Below, piece by piece: positions 28,896-38,468 of a DNA stretch of 64,000 nt. The stretch's first letter is position 1. The number at the start of each line of letters is the position of its first letter. The notes beneath the pieces were generated by a model. The model saw only the letters and a list, made by a program, of their open reading frames with translations, made no database searches and was not told the DNA's origin. The stretch is from a virus, in IMG/VR virus record IMGVR_UViG_3300013132_000031, positions 32,001 through 96,000 of that record, one strand, 5' to 3'. The position numbers and the translations under genes were made by a program.

Positions 28896-31800
28896 TTATC
28901 CTAATGCTATTGATAATGCTATTGCATCATCCACAGTGGCTGCCACTGCTCCTGCAATATTTATGGAGGTTGTGGCTGCGATGTTGTTGGCTGTGATGTT
29001 GCCTGTGGTAGTGATGTTGGTGGTCATGTTCAGCGCACTAAGCACATTTCCACTCAAACTCAATCCTGCAGCCCGTAAATTGCCACCAGTGATATTGCCA
29101 GTGGCCGAAATTGCCCCATTGGATATGACGTTTCCGCCAGTAATATTGCCAGTTACACTGATTGCAACACCCTGCAATTGACTTGTGGCATTGATCACAC
29201 TGCCAACTATGTTGCCAGTGGCTGTGATAGAACCTGCTGTGTTGATATTGCCACCAGTGATGTTGCCGGTGGCTGTGATTAATCCTGCTGTGCTAACATT
29301 GCCACCTATAACATTGCCTGTGGCACTGATTGTTAATCCTTCAACCAGTGCGCTTGTTATGATGTTGCCGCCTGTTACATTTCCTGTGGCTGTGACCAGC
29401 CCCGCAGTTTGAATGTTACCGCCGGTGATGTTGCCTGTGGCACTGACTGTGCCAGACTGCATCAAGGCAGCAGTGACTAGATTTCCACCTGTGACATTGC
29501 CAGTTGCTGTAATCAGTCCAGCTGTGACAATATTGCCGCCTACAATGTTTCCTGTGGCAACGACTTCACTTGCAGCATTTAAATTTCCACCGGTGATGTT
29601 GCCCACAGCAGTGATCAAACCTCCAGTTACCAAATTGGCACCAACTATGTTGCCTGCTGACGACAGCAGTGTGGTAGCCAATATATTGCCGCCATCAATA
29701 TTGCCAATCACTGTGCTGATATTGCCTGTTACTGTGGTTTTACCAGCCACAGTCAAATCTCCACCGCTGGTTGTGGTTATTGCACCAGCTATGGTCAATG
29801 CATTGGCTGCGTAGTCAAATACCAATCCAGCGCCGCTGCCAATGGATCCCAACTGGTTATACAACACTTGACTGTTGGCGCCAGTGAGAGTCAAACTGCC
29901 AGTTACGTTACCAATAAATGTATGAGCCTGAATATTACCTGATGAAAAGATATTTCCAGTAGCACTGATTATACCATTGGTCAGTACATTGCCTGTCACA
30001 CTAACTTGACCTGCAGTGACTATGTTACCACCAGTTACATTGCCTGTGGCGCTGACTTGTCCTGCTGTTAAAAAATTTGCACCAGTGACATTGGCTGCGG
30101 CAGTGATTTGCCCCAATGTACTGATGTTTCCGCCAATCACATTGCCTGTGGCATTTACAATTGCTGCAGATACATTGGCCACGGCCGACACATTGCCACC
30201 AGTGATGTTGCCAGTAGCAGTGATTGTGGCAGTGCTTACTGAATCAGAACTCACAGCAAGAACAGCTACTAAGTTCCCGCCAGTGATGTTGCCTGTGGCA
30301 CTGACTTGGCCTGCTGTACGCACATTGCCTGATTGAGTGTTGCCAGTTATGCTAATGCTGGACAGCACTCCCACATTCACAGCCGTGACATTGGTAACCA
30401 ATGTGCCATTGCCGATCAAATTGTTGCCAGTGATATCAGCTGACGTGGTAATGTTGTTGGTTGAATTCAACACACTCAATACATTGCCAGTGAGACTGAG
30501 ATTGGCTGCATTCACTGCGTTGGCTGCCACGTTGCCTGTGGCACTCACAATGCCTGCAGTGATTATGTTGCCGCCAATCACGTTGCCCACTGCTGTGACT
30601 CGATCAGTTGCAACTAAATTTGCGCTGGTGATATTGCCAGTGGCAGATATTGATGCCACTGCAATTGTACCTGTTGTGATCAAATTACCGCCAGTGATGT
30701 TGCCAGTGGCCACCATGGACGCTGCTGACACTGCTGATATTGCTATCACATTGCTGCCAGTGATGTTGCCTGTGGCTGTGACCAGGCCTGTGGTGATCAA
30801 ATTGCCACCAACAATGTTGCCAATCACAACTCCAAATGCTGCACTCAACGCAGCGCCAGTTATCAAATTCCCACCAGAGACATTGCCAGCGGCTGCTACA
30901 AATCCTCCAGTGGTGATATTGCCAGCCAGTAATGCTCCTGTAGCAGACATTGATGCAGCTGAAACTGCTCCTGATATCACTGCATTGCCGCCAGTGACAT
31001 TGCCACTCACTGACGCAGACTGTGCATAAATTCCTAGATTGGCATTGACGTTGGAACCACTAACATTGCCGGTCATTAAAGTAGAAGTGCCAGTGAAGAA
31101 CTGTGCGTTTATAGTGTCAGCTGCTATTACGTTGCTGCCGCTGATGTTGCCTGATACTGACACTGTAAACCCAGTGTGTGTGACAGCATTGACATTGGCT
31201 CCGCCTTGAATGTTACCACCAATGATGTTGCCCACTGCTGAGATCAAGCCTGCTGTGCGCAAATTTCCACTGTTGACGTTGCCTGTAGCACTGACTGCCG
31301 CAGCTGACACAAGAGATACAGCTATCACATTGCCGCCTGTGACATTGCCTGCAGCCGAAATCAATCCTGCTGTCAAAATATTGTCGCCAGTGATGTTGGC
31401 TCCAGTAATTGCGCCTGTAGCCGAGATAATACCACCAGTAAGCACATTGCCACCGGTAATAGTTCCTGTGGCTGTTATTAGTCCAGCAGTGCGAACATTG
31501 CCACCAGTGACGTTGCCTGTGGCGCTGACGGCTGCATAGCTGTTGACGTTGCCGCCTATGACATTGCCACTGGCACTCAAAGATACCGAAACCACCAACA
31601 CATTGGCTTGAATGTAATTGGTAACAAAATTGTTGGCACCAGTGATGTCATTGATCACAGCCAAGTTGTTGCTGACTATGTTGCCTGTGACATTCAACGG
31701 AGTCAACACATTGCCCGACAGGCTCAATCCTGTGGCTTGCAAATTTCCGCCAGTGATATTGCCTACGGCGCTTATTTGTCCCAGTGAATTGAGATTACCG

Positions 31801-33305
31801 CTTGTAACATTGCCAGTCACACTCAAACTGGGCAACACTCCCACATTGGTAGCCACCACACCAGACAGTTGTGAACCGTCACCAACGAACACTCCGCCTA
31901 CTATGCTGCCAAGTGCAGTGATTTTGCCTGCTGTGATAATGTTGCCACCAGTGACATTGGCCAAAGTAGTGATTGCGCTGACACTGTTTAGTGCTGACAT
32001 CACATTGCCTGACAAGCTCAACGCCACAGCATTGACCGCGCCGCTGGTCAAGGTGCCTGTAATATTGGCCGAAGCAGCACTCACTGCACCTGCTGTGATG
32101 ACATTACCACCAGTGACATTGCCTGTGACCACTGCACTCACAGCACTTACCGCACTGAGTGCTATGACATTGCCACCAATTACATTGCCCACTGCACTGA
32201 CATTGCCCGAAGCTTGGACTAGGCCTATGGCAGACAAGTTGGTGGCTGTGAGTCCGGTGTTGGCAAACACTGCCACATTGGGTGTGCCATTAACACTCAC
32301 ACTGATATTGCCGTTGGCACCATTGATCACAAGGTTGCTGTCGCCCAGTGCAAAAGATCCGCTGGACACATTGCTTATGCCTTGCACTGCAAAAGATCCG
32401 CCCGCTGGATTGGTCAAAATAAGACTGTCTACGTTGGACGTGATTATTGAGTCGCCCAGTCTAATGGTACTGCCAGTCAACCAAATGTTAGCCCACCGCT
32501 GAGTGCTGGATCCAAGACTGTACACATTGTTGGCTGCAGGCAGCACATTGCCTGCAAATGTAACGCTGGTTGTGGCAAACACTGCACGGTTGCTGAGTCC
32601 ACCCACACTCACTGCTATGTTGCCGCCTGGGGTCACAATGTTTACTGTGCTGTTGCCGCTGACCAGATTGGATGCTGTGGTCAAAATTCCAGTCAACAAT
32701 GAACCATTGCCAAGAAAATAATTGCCTACTACATTGCCTGTGGCACTTACAGAACCTGCAGTGACCAAATTACTACCGGTTATATTACCTGAGGCAATCA
32801 TTTGCCCACTGGTGCTGATATTGCCGCCAGTGACTGTGCCGCTGACACTGACTCCAGTGGTACTAAACACTGCCACGTTGCTGGTGCCAGCAACGCTGAC
32901 AGTTACATTACCGTTGGCGCTGACAATTTTTACATTTGATGTACCTGAATTTATACTGCTACCAGCAGTGGTTACATTGGTAAGTCCAGCACCGTTGCCC
33001 ACAAAATATTGGGCATAAACAGTGTCGATGCGTTGAGCAGGAGCGCCAATGTCATACACAGCGTCGATGCTGGGCATGATAGAACTATTTGCTTGAATAT
33101 TGCCAATTCCATTAGCTCGGAGTATCAGGTTGTTGTTGGTACCAGTGACTGTGATGGTATTACCGGTGATGACCACATTGCTATCCACTGGGCCCGCAGC
33201 GAATATTTGGGTGAAATTGTTATTGACAGCTTCAAAAGCTGTTCTTAATGGTTCACCAGTGCCATCGTTGGCAGCGGCGCCTACATCTATTATATTTTGT
33301 GCCAT
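28896..33305 (-). CDS. Long fibre protein with gp9/gp10-type N-terminal anchor and dozens of SATGNITGGN repeats
   Basis: N-terminal IDVGAAANDGTGEPLRTAF..NNNF; C-terminal AIALSIALG. Confidence 0.75.
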   Translation of the reverse strand: MAQNIIDVGAAANDGTGEPLRTAFEAVNNNFTQIFAAGPVDSNVVITGNTITVTGTNNNLILRANGIGNIQANSSIMPSIDAVYDIGAPAQRIDTVYAQYFVGNGAGLTNVTTAGSSINSGTSNVKIVSANGNVTVSVAGTSNVAVFSTTGVSVSGTVTGGNISTSGQMIASGNITGSNLVTAGSVSATGNVVGNYFLGNGSLLTGILTTASNLVSGNSTVNIVTPGGNIAVSVGGLSNRAVFATTSVTFAGNVLPAANNVYSLGSSTQRWANIWLTGSTIRLGDSIITSNVDSLILTNPAGGSFAVQGISNVSSGSFALGDSNLVINGANGNISVSVNGTPNVAVFANTGLTATNLSAIGLVQASGNVSAVGNVIGGNVIALSAVSAVSAVVTGNVTGGNVITAGAVSAASANITGTLTSGAVNAVALSLSGNVMSALNSVSAITTLANVTGGNIITAGKITALGSIVGGVFVGDGSQLSGVVATNVGVLPSLSVTGNVTSGNLNSLGQISAVGNITGGNLQATGLSLSGNVLTPLNVTGNIVSNNLAVINDITGANNFVTNYIQANVLVVSVSLSASGNVIGGNVNSYAAVSATGNVTGGNVRTAGLITATGTITGGNVLTGGIISATGAITGANITGDNILTAGLISAAGNVTGGNVIAVSLVSAAAVSATGNVNSGNLRTAGLISAVGNIIGGNIQGGANVNAVTHTGFTVSVSGNISGSNVIAADTINAQFFTGTSTLMTGNVSGSNVNANLGIYAQSASVSGNVTGGNAVISGAVSAASMSATGALLAGNITTGGFVAAAGNVSGGNLITGAALSAAFGVVIGNIVGGNLITTGLVTATGNITGSNVIAISAVSAASMVATGNITGGNLITTGTIAVASISATGNITSANLVATDRVTAVGNVIGGNIITAGIVSATGNVAANAVNAANLSLTGNVLSVLNSTNNITTSADITGNNLIGNGTLVTNVTAVNVGVLSSISITGNTQSGNVRTAGQVSATGNITGGNLVAVLAVSSDSVSTATITATGNITGGNVSAVANVSAAIVNATGNVIGGNISTLGQITAAANVTGANFLTAGQVSATGNVTGGNIVTAGQVSVTGNVLTNGIISATGNIFSSGNIQAHTFIGNVTGSLTLTGANSQVLYNQLGSIGSGAGLVFDYAANALTIAGAITTTSGGDLTVAGKTTVTGNISTVIGNIDGGNILATTLLSSAGNIVGANLVTGGLITAVGNITGGNLNAASEVVATGNIVGGNIVTAGLITATGNVTGGNLVTAALMQSGTVSATGNITGGNIQTAGLVTATGNVTGGNIITSALVEGLTISATGNVIGGNVSTAGLITATGNITGGNINTAGSITATGNIVGSVINATSQLQGVAISVTGNITGGNVISNGAISATGNITGGNLRAAGLSLSGNVLSALNMTTNITTTGNITANNIAATTSINIAGAVAATVDDAIALSIALG

Positions 33306-33355
33306 GGATAAACAAGGTCCTCTGATGTATTTACCAAAAGGACTTGTTTGCTATT

Positions 33356-34822
33356 TTAGCCAATTCTTGTGTAGGTCAGGTAAGCACCGCTTTGTATCGC
33401 TAGATCGTTGCTGGAAGTTTGAGCTTGAATGGTCACATTGGCATTGCCCACACTGTAAATGGTACCAGTTACTCTGGCAGCACGTGGCGTGGTACCAGTC
33501 ATTGCTTGTGTAGCAGTTGCAGCGGCTGACACATTTGAAGTTGATGTAGAGAATGCACCTGTTTGTGTGGCCTGTGCTTCCACAGTGTAGTAACAGATAC
33601 CAGCATCAAAATATGTGCTAAACGCAGTGGTAGTAGAACCAGCTGGCAGTATGGGCAAGTAAGCTTCAAATTTGTAACTTTGGCCTGCCAGCACAAAGAA
33701 GCCCAGACTGCCCACATTGGCCATGGATGCTGACGTCATGGTGGCTGTGGTATTTTGCCACACAATGTTTTCTGCACCAATGCCGCGACCACTGCTGAGT
33801 GTATTAACTATCAGTGTGTTTGTGTCAGTGATACCTGACACAGTGGCATTGCCTGTTACAACGTTGGCCACTGTGCTAAAACCTGATCCAGCGTTGATTA
33901 CCCCGTTGTTGGTGATATTGCCCACGGCACACATGATTCCATCGCTGTTGACATTGCCTCCGGTGACGTTGCCTGTGGCGCTGATACCTAATGCGCCGGC
34001 ACTAACTGCACCAACACTGACGACATTGGCACCGGTGATATTGCCTGTGACTGTAGCCAAACCTCCAGTGATCAAATTGCCTCCAGTGATATTGCCAGTT
34101 ACGCTGCTCAATCCTGAATTCAAAATATTGCCAGTGCTGACATTACCAATCACACTGGCATTGCCGCTGACAAAGGTATTTCCGCTCACCGCAAATGTGT
34201 GCAAAGGAGCAATATTGGCCACGCCCACATTGCCCACGCTGTCTACAGTGACCTTGGGCGATGCTGCTGCGCCGCCAGTGCTGGTAAAAATCTGTACCAG
34301 TGCATTGCCCAAAATACTGTTGGCTGTGCTTTTGATAGCTGATGTTACTCTAGCGCCAGATCCTGACAAATCGTTGGTGTACCATTCAATGGCACCAATC
34401 ACCGTGCCATCACTCACAGTGGTATCAGTGTCTTCAAATCTCAACAGTGGTGTGCTCGCACTGGCATCTCGACGTACCAAAAAAACATTGCCAGTTACAT
34501 TGCCTGTGGTATTGACATTGCCTGCATCCACGTTGCCAGTAAAGCCCACAGCGCCGGCAAAAGTTGTGCCAGTTGGGCTGACTACCATGATATTGCTGAC
34601 ACCACCTGGATTGAATGTGATGTTACCGTTGATCACAGGAATTTCAACGCTGGTGGTACCATTAAAAATTTTGTCTGCGTTGATATTGCCGGACAACACG
34701 GCATTTCCTGTGACTGTGAGATTGCCCACAATGTTGACGTTGGTGCTGCTGACAGTGACCAGGTCACCAGAATTTATGGTTTCTATAGTATAGTCGCCGC
34801 TGACTCTTTTGACTGTTGACAT
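33356..34822 (-). CDS. Fibre-like structural protein with GNITGGN repeats
   Basis: Same repeat family; late promoter at 34840-34845. Confidence 0.65.
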   Translation of the reverse strand: MSTVKRVSGDYTIETINSGDLVTVSSTNVNIVGNLTVTGNAVLSGNINADKIFNGTTSVEIPVINGNITFNPGGVSNIMVVSPTGTTFAGAVGFTGNVDAGNVNTTGNVTGNVFLVRRDASASTPLLRFEDTDTTVSDGTVIGAIEWYTNDLSGSGARVTSAIKSTANSILGNALVQIFTSTGGAAASPKVTVDSVGNVGVANIAPLHTFAVSGNTFVSGNASVIGNVSTGNILNSGLSSVTGNITGGNLITGGLATVTGNITGANVVSVGAVSAGALGISATGNVTGGNVNSDGIMCAVGNITNNGVINAGSGFSTVANVVTGNATVSGITDTNTLIVNTLSSGRGIGAENIVWQNTTATMTSASMANVGSLGFFVLAGQSYKFEAYLPILPAGSTTTAFSTYFDAGICYYTVEAQATQTGAFSTSTSNVSAAATATQAMTGTTPRAARVTGTIYSVGNANVTIQAQTSSNDLAIQSGAYLTYTRIG

Positions 34823-35410
34823 TTAAAGGTCCTTTGTGTTATTTATGCGGTTCAAAAAGTCTGCTATGGGCATGTGTCTTAGATTGGGCAATCCATTTAG
34901 CTCGTTTACTGTGGCTGTGGTTTCGCCCTGTACTCGATAAAAACTTATTTTGGGATGATCTTTTATCACCGTGGCCAACTGTCTGGCCCAGTTGCCAGTG
35001 TAGGTAGGCAAAGAATTGCTTTTTTTATAAAATTGTGTGTCAGCATACACATTGTTGAAACGATTGTTTTGTGCCGGTCCCATGTCAAATCCAATGAGAT
35101 ACACTGCTATGTTGCGGTCCAGTGCAGCGATCCCCACTGCAATAGGTCCTGAACTAAAACCAAAATAGCTTTGAGGAACAGTTTTGGCACCTAGTCCTGG
35201 CATGGGCCTGCGAGTGTACATGCGATTTTTTGTAGCGTAACCTGAATTTTGTATTTCTTGGCTGATTGCTTTGTCGGTGCTGACCAACACTGTGGGAGTG
35301 TGCTCACGATAAAGAGCGTTACAACCATACACAGGCCCAGTTGCTTGTAGTGTTTTGACATCTACTTCAAGTCTGCTGATGCCGTTGCCTAATACAAATC
35401 CAATACTCAT
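34823..35410 (-). CDS. DUF115/sialyltransferase-like Rossmann protein
   Basis: FVLGNGISR..YGCNALYR..SSG..A..VYLIGFD motif set. Confidence 0.6.
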   Translation of the reverse strand: MSIGFVLGNGISRLEVDVKTLQATGPVYGCNALYREHTPTVLVSTDKAISQEIQNSGYATKNRMYTRRPMPGLGAKTVPQSYFGFSSGPIAVGIAALDRNIAVYLIGFDMGPAQNNRFNNVYADTQFYKKSNSLPTYTGNWARQLATVIKDHPKISFYRVQGETTATVNELNGLPNLRHMPIADFLNRINNTKDL

Positions 35411-35443
35411 AAAAAGTCCTCCCAGTATGTAGCTGGGAGGACT
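35411..35443 (-). terminator. Intrinsic terminator whose 3' arm contains the GGAGG RBS of the next gene
   Basis: AGTCCTCCCAG-CTACATA-CTGGGAGGACT-TTTT then ATG. Confidence 0.75.
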
Positions 35444-35458
35444 CAGTTGCGTTACAAA

Positions 35459-36241
35459 TTAGGAAGTGACGTTATCAACAATAGCTAGATCCAGCAAGTT
35501 TTGTTGACCTGTTGATACACTGCCAGTGTTGGCAGAGCCTGTGGTTCCTGACTTGATCACTGTGCCTTCGTCAGTGAAGAAGTTGGTCACATATCGTTTG
35601 TCCGCAATCACTGAAGTGGCTGCATAGGTTGACCCGCCGGTCCAGTCCAACAAGAACTTGTTGGTCAGCTTGCTGACGGTGGTAGCGGTACTATCACCTG
35701 TGGTAAATGTGATGGCCATGAGTCCAGCAGCAGGTGTCACATCGTCATCCAGCACACACACGCCCACGCTGTTGGCTGTTCCTGAGCCTGCACCGCCCAC
35801 TGAAGTGGCTGTGAATATGGTGCCCACACCAAAGTTGGCAGGTGCACCTGCGGCTGTCCAAGCCGTGGTACCCACAGATGTTATTTGATAGGCCTGACCT
35901 ACCACAAATGAACCATCGTTAACACCAGTGACGTCACCTACCAAGTACTTGTGACTGCCTTTTTGGCGGATGATATAGCCCTGTGCCACACCAATGCCTG
36001 AACCATCAGGTGCAGCAATGTTGACTGTGACATCAACTCTGGGATTGGTTGCAGAAGGTGCATCAGTGGGTGCTGCACCGCCTACCACACCCAGATATTC
36101 AGTGGTGTTGAGTGTGTTGGTAGTGTTGACTACTGGTGCTGTGAGTGACCCAAAGTTGGGAAAACCCAGATCCACGCTAACGCTGGCGCCACCGTTGCCT
36201 GATCCGGTTGAAGTTTTTTGTATTTTTAGAGGACGTCCCAT
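35459..36241 (-). CDS. Virion structural protein (MGRPLK type)
   Basis: MGRPLK start, GYIIRQKGSHKYLV motif, strong AAGGAG RBS, own late promoter and terminator. Confidence 0.65.
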   Translation of the reverse strand: MGRPLKIQKTSTGSGNGGASVSVDLGFPNFGSLTAPVVNTTNTLNTTEYLGVVGGAAPTDAPSATNPRVDVTVNIAAPDGSGIGVAQGYIIRQKGSHKYLVGDVTGVNDGSFVVGQAYQITSVGTTAWTAAGAPANFGVGTIFTATSVGGAGSGTANSVGVCVLDDDVTPAAGLMAITFTTGDSTATTVSKLTNKFLLDWTGGSTYAATSVIADKRYVTNFFTDEGTVIKSGTTGSANTGSVSTGQQNLLDLAIVDNVTS

Positions 36242-36334
36242 TTTGTTTCTCCTTAAAGAAGTCCGATCGGAGTTCTAGTCCGTACGCGGTGGGTAGAACC
36301 GCATAAAACGCAGAATTGCGTTGACAAGTATTTA
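36242..36334 (-). promoter_or_regulatory. Late promoter plus structured 5' leader (three hairpins, possible kissing loop)
   Basis: TAAATA at 36329-36334; stems at 36307-36322, 36283-36305 and 36268-36282. Confidence 0.6.
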
Positions 36335-36381
36335 TGATTATCAGAAATAAAAGAGTGGCTTGGTAAAATTTTAAATACTAC

Positions 36382-37533
36382 ATGCACCCAAACCAACTAA
36401 TAGAACAAGGCAATCAATTTCGAGCAAATTGTCAACCACAACAGGCTTTGGCCTGTTATGCACAGGCTTTTGTGGCTGATCCTGATTCGGCCGCTGCCTT
36501 TAACAATTATGGCAATGTCCTGCGTGAGTGTGGACAACCTGCCAGGGCCATACCATTTTTGCAACATGCCATGATACTTGAACCCAACAATGTAACTGCC
36601 AGATTCAATTTGGCTGTGTGTTATTTGATACAGGGAGACTATGCACAAGGATGGCCGGCCTATGAATCACGTTGGCAGTACGAACACCTAGCTGGTACAC
36701 AACCGCAACACAGTCAACCACGCTGGACCGGTGAAAACCTCAAGGACAAAACCATTCTTGTGGTAGGTGAACAAGGTCACGGGGACAACATACAGTTCTG
36801 TAGATTTTTGTACAATCTACATGTGTTGGGTGCTCGCATATTGCTACAAGTCACAGATGGATTGATTCCCATGCTCAGTGCCAGTCCCATACTTTCATGG
36901 GTAGGCGGGTACACTGAAGAAATTCCTGAAACGTTTGACTATTGGGTGTCTATCATGAGTTTGCCAGGTGTGTTGGGTATTCAGTTGCACAACTTGCCAC
37001 CACAGGTACAGTATCTCAATCCTCCATTGAATCTCCATCAAGACTGGCTGAAACTGCTTGGACCAAAAACACGCATGCGGGTGGGATTTTCATGGTCAGG
37101 TCGACGAGACGCTTGGTTGAACCAACACAAAGGCATGCCGTTTGATGTCATGCTGGACATTGTACGCCACAACCCGCAATACGAATGGATCAGTCTACAA
37201 ATAGACGCCACTGATGAAGAATCTCAAGCCTTGGCTGATGCTGGGGTAAACTTGTATCCTGGTTCTATTCAGAGTTTTGCAGACACTGCTGCTTTGATAG
37301 CATGCACAGATGTTGTGATCAGTGTGGACACAGCCATTGCACATTTGTCAGCTGCGCTGGGACGACCCACATGGTTGATGTTGCAGTGGTTTGCCACAGA
37401 CTGGCGTTGGATGCTGGATCGTGACTCAAGTCCGTGGTACAGTACCATGCGCATATTCCGTCAACCCAGCATGGGTGATTGGAAATCAGTCACTCAAAAA
37501 ATAGAACAGTATCTGGGTTGGTTCAAAGTGTAA
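36382..37533 (+). CDS. TPR-repeat glycosyltransferase (GT9-like)
   Basis: N-terminal TPRs, EQGHGDNIQFCRF, SLP, VGFSWSG, DTAALI..DVVISVDTAIAHL, WRW..SPWY..FRQ. Confidence 0.85.
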   Translation: MHPNQLIEQGNQFRANCQPQQALACYAQAFVADPDSAAAFNNYGNVLRECGQPARAIPFLQHAMILEPNNVTARFNLAVCYLIQGDYAQGWPAYESRWQYEHLAGTQPQHSQPRWTGENLKDKTILVVGEQGHGDNIQFCRFLYNLHVLGARILLQVTDGLIPMLSASPILSWVGGYTEEIPETFDYWVSIMSLPGVLGIQLHNLPPQVQYLNPPLNLHQDWLKLLGPKTRMRVGFSWSGRRDAWLNQHKGMPFDVMLDIVRHNPQYEWISLQIDATDEESQALADAGVNLYPGSIQSFADTAALIACTDVVISVDTAIAHLSAALGRPTWLMLQWFATDWRWMLDRDSSPWYSTMRIFRQPSMGDWKSVTQKIEQYLGWFKV

Positions 37534-38380
37534 ACACTTGCATTTGCCCCATGATCTTGTTTCTAAATGCTTCGCTGTGAAAGTACTGTTTGTTTTTTTC
37601 AATTCTAGGCAACAGACTATGATAGTCATTTAAAATAGTCCTGCCACGGATCCAGGCATCCACAAACTGTGCTATCTTGACAACTCTGGTCAATTGATCT
37701 GCCTCATTGTCCCAGGTGCGCCAGGGAACTACATCTTCAAACATGTCTAGTCCAATATCTTGCAAGAATTTGTTGACTCCAACACAGCCCACAACAACAG
37801 GTATCTGCTGAGCCACAAAAGCCTTGCAGATTTTTTCACTCACATAAGACACGTCTGTAGAAGTTTCAGTCACAATGTTTACTGCACACTGATTGTATAC
37901 TTCATGTCCCACACCAACATCGTTGCGCTGTGGGTCTTCTAATTCTCCACGCAACAGCATGGGATATTGGTAAGCGTAAGACAAAGCATTATCTTCAGGT
38001 CCTACAAAACTGTAAATTATCCGGTTGATAATTCCCAGGCTATTTAACTCTGCCCACAACTGTGTTCTATGACTGCGACGCCTGTTGTTGAGGCACATGA
38101 CTTCTTTGCTTTTTTTTGTGCCTGCATCAAAACACAAAACATCCCACCATTGCGGATTGCGTAACGAATACATCCATAACCAGATAGGAAAGAACACATG
38201 TCCAGGCTGTGGATCATAATAACGCTCAAAGTTGTTGGTGAGGCAGGGACGTATATTTAGAACAACTTGTTTGTCTGGAAAAGGATTGTGTGTGATGTCT
38301 AGTATTCTGTCAAAGTTGCTGTGTTGATCCAACAATTTTTGAGATTGAGATTGATTTTGTAAATCGTTGTCTGTGACCAC
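37523..38380 (-). CDS. GT10-like putative glycosyltransferase (true start possibly further upstream)
   Basis: CLN.R.R.HR and NIVTET..SEKICKAF..QIP..LQDIGLDMF; frame is open to 38482. Confidence 0.55.
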   Translation of the reverse strand: MVTDNDLQNQSQSQKLLDQHSNFDRILDITHNPFPDKQVVLNIRPCLTNNFERYYDPQPGHVFFPIWLWMYSLRNPQWWDVLCFDAGTKKSKEVMCLNNRRRSHRTQLWAELNSLGIINRIIYSFVGPEDNALSYAYQYPMLLRGELEDPQRNDVGVGHEVYNQCAVNIVTETSTDVSYVSEKICKAFVAQQIPVVVGCVGVNKFLQDIGLDMFEDVVPWRTWDNEADQLTRVVKIAQFVDAWIRGRTILNDYHSLLPRIEKNKQYFHSEAFRNKIMGQMQVFTL

Positions 38381-38468
38381 TAACGTGTGCGGAGGGAACC
38401 ATTGAGTCAGATACGTTCGACTGGTATAGTGTTGCTGTGGATTGAGATATTGAATAGTTGCCCCCGAC

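Noticed and set aside
25900-33000. Recurrent TTGCCACCAGTGATGTTGCC-like DNA repeats suggesting a CRISPR array or DGR repeats
   Set aside because: They are degenerate at third codon positions and in frame with protein repeats. There is no constant repeat/unique spacer pattern, no adenine-specific TR/VR pair, and no RT or cas gene in the window.
25552-34793. Many long + strand ORFs (e.g. 31618..32502, 33717..34793) with MLPPVTLPVA repeats
   Set aside because: These are antisense shadows of the G/N/I/T/V/A-biased fibre genes, whose codons rarely give stops on the opposite strand; no RBS or promoter is evident.
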